From Zootoca vivipara (lineage: Eukaryota): a DNA stretch of 64,000 nt. The position numbers were made by a program, and so were the translations under genes. This document shows, one piece after another, positions 26,301 through 35,300 of this stretch. The notes beneath the pieces are model-generated. The model saw only the letters and a program-made list of their open reading frames with translations. It did not search any database and was not told where the DNA came from. The stretch's first letter is position 1; each line of letters begins with the position of its first letter. The stretch lies in assembly GCF_963506605.1 (NCBI RefSeq), contig NC_083280.1, forward strand, positions 29,078,001 through 29,142,000. The letters run 5' to 3'.

Positions 26301-29300
26301 GCATTGCAGTAGATTTTCTTAGTTGCAACCCACACATAAAGCAAATATTCTAGGTCAGAAGAATGGAGGAGATCCACACTGCAAATAGGTAGAGGTAGAG
26401 GGACCCCTGACCATTAGGTCCAGTCGTGACCGACTCTGGGGTTGCGCGTACAGCTTCCAGGTCATGTGGCCAGCATGACAAAGCTGCTTCTGGCGAACCA
26501 GAGCAGCACATGGAAACACCGTTTACCTCCCCGCTGTAGCGGTTCCTATTTATCTACTTGCATTTTGACATGCTTTTGAACTGCTAGGTTGGCAGGAGCT
26601 GGGACCAAACAACGGGAGCTCACCCCATCACAGGGATTCGAACTGCCGACCTTCTGATCGGCAAGTCCTAGGCTCAGTGGTTTAACCCACAGTGCCACCT
26701 GGGTCCCCTGCAAATAGGATTAGGCAGCTAATACAGTGCATCCCAAGTCCTCCCTCCTGCTTTCTAAACCCATCTCTACTTACACATATGACTGCTATAC
26801 CACATCTGGAAGAGCAGACTTTGCCAGTAGCACCGAAGTTCTACTCTGTCCTTTCATAGCAACGTGGGTCACATTGTTCAATTGGCTGAGTACTGGTTCA
26901 GCAACACAGTCTGTGATGTAGGTCTGCGGGTTAAATGCTATGCATATACTTAGCATGCTATACATGAGGCCTGTTCAAATGCTGATTTAAGTGACAAATA
27001 TACACAGCTTATGAAAGAGTTTGATTTTTTAAAATTAAGATGAAGGGCATATTGTATATGAAAGGAATGCCTGAAAAGGATGCTGGAGAATAATACAGTA
27101 ATAATACTTATAACTGTAATAATACCATACTTCCTGAATTGTAAGCTATTAACATTTGCTTGTTTTTCATTTACTTACCTATGCCTTTACTAGAAATTAA
27201 TACGTATTTAATGGTACTGAATGACAAGCCTCTTCTTGAAATAGTTTTTAGTCCAGCAGTGTTGCAATCAAGCTGAAAGGAAGATTGCAAAGTCAGAGGA
27301 CAGTGAAAACAAAGGTTCATGGCAGCCTATAGAAAAGTTCCTGAGTGTGCGTTTCCCACCATTGGGATGGTGCTTCCTACAGGGCTCAGGACTTCTTTTT
27401 GGAGGAATCACCTCCCGCCTCCCAGAGCAGCTGTGTCTGAATCGATAGGCAGAGAGTTGCTCAGGCTCCTACGGTCTGACCAAATTAAGAGCTTTTAAAA
27501 AACTTCTTTTCCTTCACTGTTTCCTCTTTCAGTTCCTCTCTTCTCCCCTTGATCTCTGCATTTTGGGACATTGGGTGGGCTAATTAGGGACCATTTGGGT
27601 TTTCACTAGCTGGGAATGAGGATAACACAGCCTAGGTAAAGGTAAAGGGACCCCTGACCATTAGGTCCAGTAGCGGACAACTCTGGGGTTGCGACACTCA
27701 TCTCGCTTTACTGGCCGAGGGAGCAGCCATTTGTCCGCAGACAGCATCCGGGTCATGTGGCCAGCATGACTAGGCCGCTTCTGGCGAACCAGAGCAGTGC
27801 ACGGAAATGCCGTTTACCTTCCTGCCAGAGTGGTACTTATTTATCTACTTGCACTTTGACGTGCTTTCGAATTGCTAGGTTGGCAGGAGCAGGGACCAAG
27901 CAACAGGAGCTCACTCTGTCGTGGGGATTCGAACCGCTGACCTTCTGATCGGCAAGCCCTAGGCTCTGTGGTTTAGACCACAGCGCCACCCACACAGCCT
28001 AGTTTCTGCTAAAAAGTCTTAAGAAAGCTGAGCCAGGTGCTTTTGGGAGGATTTCAGTGGCATCACTCCAGTGAGGGGAAACAAGGTGCTTCACTCCACC
28101 TTTGGAGGAGATGGATAGCCTTGGCCCACCCATTTCCTTATCCTTCAGGGAGGCATTTATCCTTTTTAAAAATTATGTACACAGTAATTTTTGAAGGCAT
28201 TCACTCACTGTAGACAGATGCTTCCATGTTTTGTCACAATCATGTTGGGGGAAATGATAATGCCATGTGCAAGCTATCACTGTTCTCATTGCATTCTTGT
28301 TCTAAACCATCTGCACGGTGCTGGTCTCCCTCCTGCATGTGAAATGGCTGTCACAAACTGATTCTCGGCATTCAATCCACCAGGTTGCAGAGGTAAGCTT
28401 AGAGAAGGATGAGTGCTTTGGTGTTGTTTTTTTAAGTGAAAAAGTTTCACTGGGTGTCAATTTATTTTTCTTCATGCTAAGATCTCAGTCTTTTAGTTCA
28501 AATTGCTAATAACTGATCTGATTCACATCTTCTGAACTAATGTGCAGATTGGGAGGTAGCTATCCTTCAGATTTAGCACTTTTGTGGTCTAATTCTCAGC
28601 TCAAAAAAGTATCAAAATTCTAATTTGATATTTTAGATAATGTGCTTAGAAAGGTAAAGGTAAAGGTACACCTGACCGTTAGGTCCAGTCGCGGACGGCT
28701 CTGGGGTTGCGGCACTCATCTCGCTCTATAGGCCGAGGGAGCCGGTGTTTGTCCACAGACAGCTTCCGGGTCATGTGGCCAGCATGACTAAGCCGCTTCT
28801 GGTGAACCAGAGCAGCACATGGAAACGCCGTTTACCTTCCTGCTGTAGCGGTACCTATTTATCTACTTGCACTTTGACATGCTTTCGAACTGCTAGGTTG
28901 GCAGGAGCTAGGACCAAACAACGGGAGCTCACCCCATCACAGGGATTTGAACCGCCGACCTTCTGATCGGCAAGCCCTAGGCTCAGTGGTTTAAACCACA
29001 GCGCCACCCGCGTCCTGGTAAAAATGTGCTTAGAAATACTCATTTAGGGAAGAAAATACTTCAAAAAATATTTTAAATACATATTTAAATGCTAATTTTC
29101 ATGCAAAATAAAAATAGATGCAGAAATGGAATGGATTTTTAAATGAACATGTAATGAGGCATGTGATCAGCCCTCTAAGCATGTTGTGATTTACTCTGCA
29201 CCTCTGTGCCAAAAAAGTCATGACCCTCTATTACTTCTCTGAAAATTCCCATGGCTCCATGCTGCTGCAGTGGAGCTCACAGACCAGTACTTGAAAATAT

Positions 29301-32300
29301 ACTGAATTTCCTGGGCAGCAAGATGGTATTTTTAGGAGCCAGAGTGAAATTCTGTATTACAATCCTGCACAGTGTTCCCTATCATCTATGCCCTGTGACA
29401 TCCTGCAATATTTGAGCCCCTACATATTTTTTACTTTTCTTAATACTGGAGGAAAATGTGTGCAAATCACTAGCACTGGAATGTATCATTCCTTTTTTAA
29501 AATTAAAAAAAAGTTAATAAACATTTGCTTTTCCCCAAGTGAGACCCTCCTCTCGTAACAAAGTCATTCTCCAATAAAGTCTATATAATGCAAATGCTAC
29601 TGCTGCAGCAAAAGCATAAGTGTTATTGTGGAAAGCAAATCACATTATGCACTTGATCTCTCCCTGCTATTTATTTGTGTTAGGTCATTTATGCACTTGA
29701 ATCTATAGCAATAACATAAATGGGTGGTTTGTCAAATGCTTGGTACATACTGAATTACATTGGGAGTCTATATAAATTCTCTGCCTACCAACCTTGTTTC
29801 TGGGTCCAACCTTTCTATTTAACAGTACAATCCCTTACATGCCTGCTCAGAAACAAGTTCAATTGAATTCAGTGGGACTCATTCCAGGTAAGTGTGTACT
29901 GTATATGATTATGACCTAACCCCCACTTTAAAGTCCTTTCATGTTTCAGGTGACCCAGGAGAACCTGGAAGTGTTGATTATTCCTCATGTCCCAAGATTC
30001 CAGGGCCTCCTGGTGTATTGGGCCCAAGAGGATCACCAGGTGTCGTAGGATTAAGAGGGCCAGGAGGCTTCCCTGGTCCCCCAGGTAAGTAATTCTGTGT
30101 GTCTGCAATGTTTGTGGTAGGGAAGAGACAGAATCACCACGAACCCTTTAATGTATCATCCCTTCAGCTCACCTATCCTAGTGAAGTCTACACAACTCCC
30201 ATGTTGGCTTCAGTTTGGGTTGCATTCATGGAGAACATCAACCTCCTCTGTTACATTTCCTATTCATTCTATTATTTAAGCACATATTTTTATCTGATAC
30301 CAATCAGATATCTTTACAAAAGAGACCACAACTTATCATAGCACTTTAAGAACATAAGAGCTCTGCTGAATCAATCTAAAGTCTCCCCTTTAAAATCCCT
30401 CCAAGTTTGTGATCATCATTACATTTGGGGATAGTGAGTACCGTAGTTTAACTGTGCACTGTGTGAAGATTTCAGTAGGTTGTAGCAGAACAAACAAATA
30501 GTGGCAGCTCCTCCTCACAGCCACAAGTTCCCCATCCCTGTTTTAAACCGGTACTTTTTTCTGATACAGTGACATAGCTTGGAAAGGAAGCTCAACTCAT
30601 CCCCAAACCCCTCCATTTCACCTGATTTCCTCAACCATGGCAGCTGGATCCAGAGGGTCACAGGTTCCTCCTCCCTGATTTTAGTAAAATGGCCAAGAAT
30701 TCTAGAGCATGGAATGTGAAATATAGTTCTTTCTCTTTCCCCCCCAAAAATAATAATATTCATTTTATAATAACACACATAATAAACACAAAATATAACA
30801 CCAGGAAGTGATCTGACCATGGCACTTCTTTAGTTTCGCTTTTACTTAGTGTCAGAACACCAACATCCATAGAGGTGAACACCAGGTCCAAGGCATGTCC
30901 GTGGCTATGAGTTGGGCCAGACTTATTCAGGAACAGCCCCATGGAGGCCATGCTTTCCACGAAGTTCCAAGCAGCCCCTTGTAAGGTCGTGTCGACATGG
31001 ATGTTAAAATCCCCTAGGACAACCAAACTAGGTGTCTCCAGGAGACCATCTGCCACAACCTGAAGCAGCTCGGGCAGGGGATCCTTGGTGCAGCGAGGAG
31101 GTCGGTACACCAAAAGGAATCCTGTACTGCCCCTATTGCCCAACTTCCAGAACATGCACTCAGAAAACTGGGTCTTCCCAATAGGATGCCTGGTGCAAAC
31201 TAATGACTTCCAAAAAAATCACTGCAACCCCCCCTCTCCCCGCCCACAAGGCCTGGGTTGCTGTGCATAAGAGAAACCTGGAGGACAAGCAGCGGCAAGG
31301 ACAGGCCCATCTGCTTCATCCAACCAAGTCTGTTACACATGCCAGTCATGGATGGCAGTGGTCTTGTGAATCATTGACGTGGCATCGCACAGCAGCACCT
31401 TCAGGTCATGTGGGTCTCCCTTGTTGAATCCAGTATCCATCCGGTCAAGACCAGACCCAGAGGCAGGGATAGTCCTCAGACGACTAAACCTGCCTCCTCG
31501 GTAATGACATGGTCTGGTTTTAGCGCAACTCCTTCTGCACTGTATTATATTTCAGGAGAGAAAGGAGAAGAAGGATTATTGGGTCAACAGGGTCCAGATG
31601 GCTTGCCTGGGCCACCAGGACCCCCTGGTGATGAAGGTAACATAGGAGAAAAAGGATACACAGGATTACAAGGTATTCTGCCACAAGCAGTCATTTGCCA
31701 TACTTCTGGGGAAAGTACTAGCTTTGCAAATAATTTCTTTTACTTTTTGCACTGGTGGTAATGGCTCCCGGCTGAAACTGTTAATAGAACCTGCATTCAG
31801 CTGCTCAGCTGGTGTTATATCATATCAAAGAATCTAACAGCCAAGTTATATGTTATGCTAAATGTGTAGCATGTAGCTTTTATTTTCACCCCCCCCCTTA
31901 ATTATTTACAGGCACTGAGGTGGTTATGAACACAGAGCACAGGATAGGAGGCTTAGTTCATCCTGCCCCAGGTGCAATCGCAACAAGAATTGCTCCACCC
32001 AGTGCAGCAGCAAGCCTTAGAAAAATAGTTTCTATTGGGACTAGTGGGAATTCTTTCTAGGGCTCATAGTTTGTGGGGGATGGCATTTTCGCTGCATTTA
32101 TGGTGAGGTAGGGAAGAGATAAGCTGCCTTTCCCTGTGTGTTGCATTTCCAGAAACTGCCTTTTTACAACACAGCTGTAACGTGACTTAAGATTTTGTTG
32201 CCTCCAACTTCTGAGCATTTGTTTTAAATTCAAAACCTGAGGTCTAGGATCTTGCATGCTTCGACCAAGCCTATTCTGAAGAATAGAAAAGCATCTCTTT

Positions 32301-35300
32301 AATGTGTCCCACCTTTAAATGGAATATTCTCTACCTTTCCTCTGCAAGGTTTTCCAGGTGAAATTGGAATGCCTGGTCCACCAGGGCCTAACACAAGAGC
32401 TGCCGGTGGGTTCCTGATTGTTGTTCATAGTCAATCAGATCAAGTGCCACTGTGCCCAGAGGGAATGCCAAGGTTGTGGACTGGATATAGCCTGCTGTAT
32501 CTTGAAGGGCAGGAGAAGGCTCATAATCAAGATCTTGGTGAGGACTGCAATATCACTCCTTAAAGAAAGAAAATGCAGTGGTTTTCTGCACTTTTCATTG
32601 CAAATGGTTGCATATAACATTAAAATTTGGGGTGGTAGGTATGTATCTTTTTGGTGCCAATATTGGAATTGGCCAACTTTTCATTGTCGTATGTGCTGTC
32701 TATAAAGCATGCTTATAAACTGATGTGACCAGCTACTGGTATGACCTATGCTATTCGACCTGCACTTCCCTGCAGAGGCTCTTCTTTCCCTGTTCAAACC
32801 TTCATTATTTCTGCTGGGTGAAAAAAAAACACTTCCTTGTCTGTGGTGAACCTGGGAGGTTTAATTTTTGGTCTATTTGCAACAGATTTTTATATGCTTG
32901 AGCACACCTGCATGGTAACCTGCAAGTTACCATATTTTATTTGCTAATTTTAAGCATTACTTTAACAATTAAATGGACCAGGACATGAAAATCATGGTAC
33001 TACATCAGCAGAAAAGACATTTGTTTTAAAACGAGCAAGTTCTGAAGGGAACTGGTCATTCAATCCCAAGGTGCTACAAGTTGAATTTTAGGAATTAAGC
33101 AGAGTAGCAAATTTGCTGTCTTTTAATAATAGCTTTTGTACTCTGTTTCAGACAAAGGTATTTTCTAGCAATATCTAGAGGTGCCAGGGATTTGAATCTG
33201 GGACCTTTTATGTTTAGTGTATGGTACTCTCACTCACCTTTCCCAATTCTGAAGGTAGTGAATTACATTTTAATTTAAATTCTAACATTCCCAGAGGTTA
33301 AAGGATTGCATAACTTAAACAAGTGAAGTGAAAACTCTTGGCTACACAACACACACACACACACACGCACACACACACAGCATGAGAACATGTGTTCTCC
33401 ATAGCTAGCTTTTCTTGGACACAGGTGACAATGATTGCTGTTGAAATTTCCAGACACCTCCAGATACTGTAAACCCACCCAAAGTCCTTATGCATCAATA
33501 CCTGGCTGCGTAGTGCTGCCGTGGAATAAGGCTCAAGACTAACTTAAACTATTCTTTAATAAGAACTTAAGTGTTTTGGATTGGTAATTATATGTGTGCA
33601 TGTCCTCCACCATCTATTCTAGGTCTTGCTGGATCTTGTCTCCCTGTGTTCAGCACCATGCCCTTTGCCTATTGCAATGTCAATCAGGTCTGCTACTATG
33701 CAAGTCGAAATGATAAATCTTACTGGCTGTCAAGCGCAGCCCCTTTGCCCATGATGCCCCTCTCTGAAGAAGAAATACAACCTTACATTAGCAGATGTGC
33801 TGTCTGTGAAGCTCCCGCCCAAGCTGTTGCAATTCATAGTCAAGATCAATCCATTCCTCCCTGTCCATCAAACTGGGGAAGCCTATGGATAGGCTACTCA
33901 TTTTTAATGGTAAGATGGAATATTACTTGGCTCTTCCATGGAACTATTTGGATCTAACCATGCTAGCTAATCACTGAAACTGAGCCTGTAAGTTGAATAA
34001 AATGAATGAATGAATGAATGAGAACACACTTACCTGGGAGAAGGTTCAGCTGAATTTAGTGGGACATTCTTCTGAAATGTTCAAGTGATTTGTCATTTGC
34101 TAATTGATTGTAGATGTTTCGCTCCTTTGGTTTGCCAACATGGTTCCTTATCTTGTCTCTATTTGTTTTACTGTATTTATCAGTTGCCCGATAAAGTTGA
34201 AACCATGCCAGCAGCAAATAACCACTGTAACTTAAGAGGTAAATGGACCTGATTTTAAAAGTCTGTATGGTCTTCATCTGCTGCTAAAATGGCATAGTCT
34301 GTGCCTCCAAGCAAGGGGCTGCTGCTGAGGCCTGTTCTCTTGTAGACACTTCTCTTATTTCAGCTTGCAAAGGCATAAAAATGGCGCCTGATTATTAACT
34401 TTTTTCTGGCTTTATTGTATGGTTTTATGTTTGGTGTTATAAAATTTAGCCATTCAGTAGAATTACTCCTGGAGGCTGAGACTGGCAGATCAATGAGCTC
34501 AGGAGTTTGGGTGCGCTGATCAGGTGTCTGCACTAAGTCTGGCATCCCTGGGAACCCCTTTGATATTTTTAATGATATTTTTAATGCAAATATTTTTATA
34601 AATAAAGCAAACTGTGGGCACAGGAATTATATATGGGAAGAAGATGCAGGTTCTTCAGGTACTGCATTCTTGAACTATGAAGAATTTCAAAGATCAAACA
34701 CAAGACTTTGAATTGAGTCCAGAGTATCCTGCCAACCAAGAGTTAGATCCAAGTTCTAATTAAATGAAGATTGGTTTCGACATAAACCATAGGCCAAAAT
34801 CAATTCTCTTTATCACCATTCACACCCCAAAATGAAAACTGCAGAAACTATAGCAAAACTAGAAGATGTAAGTCATTATCTGTCTTTGTGCTATGTAAAA
34901 CTGTTGTCTTTCTACTAAGAGGAAGGAGTTGCTTATCTTGTAACTTGTGTCATTTCAAATATTAAGAATGCTCGTTCAGTCAGGATTGGTGCAATGCAAT
35001 GTAGGGGAATGCAGTGCTTACTCAAGCCAAAAACGACACCCACAAATACTTCACAAGGTAGAAAGGTGGCAGGAAAACAGTGATACTGTATGTGTGAGAA
35101 TTCATTTCGCCTTATCAGAAATGCCAACTCTGTTGGTCAGTACTACAATCTAAGAGATTTAGTTGTAAGAAAGTTACAGGTAGGTAGCAGTGTTGTTCTG
35201 CCGTAGTCGAAACAAAATAATAATAAATCCTTCCAGTAGCACCTTAGAGACCAACCAAGTTTATCATTGGTATGAGCTTTCGTGTGCATGCACACTTCTT

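Noticed and set aside
26922-26930. Possible second 9-nt microexon tag|GTCTGCGGG (G-L-R-G)
   Set aside because: Followed by TT rather than GT/GC, and lacks a pyrimidine tract.
27900-27991. tRNA-like sequences (GGTTCGAATCC boxes)
   Set aside because: These are SINE heads, not complete cloverleaf tRNA genes.
29860-29900. Perfect donor CAG|GTAAGT just upstream of exon ~44 (similar one near 171)
   Set aside because: Part of a common short repeat relic (GGGACT..TTCCAGGTAAGTGT); no Gly-X-Y exon precedes it.
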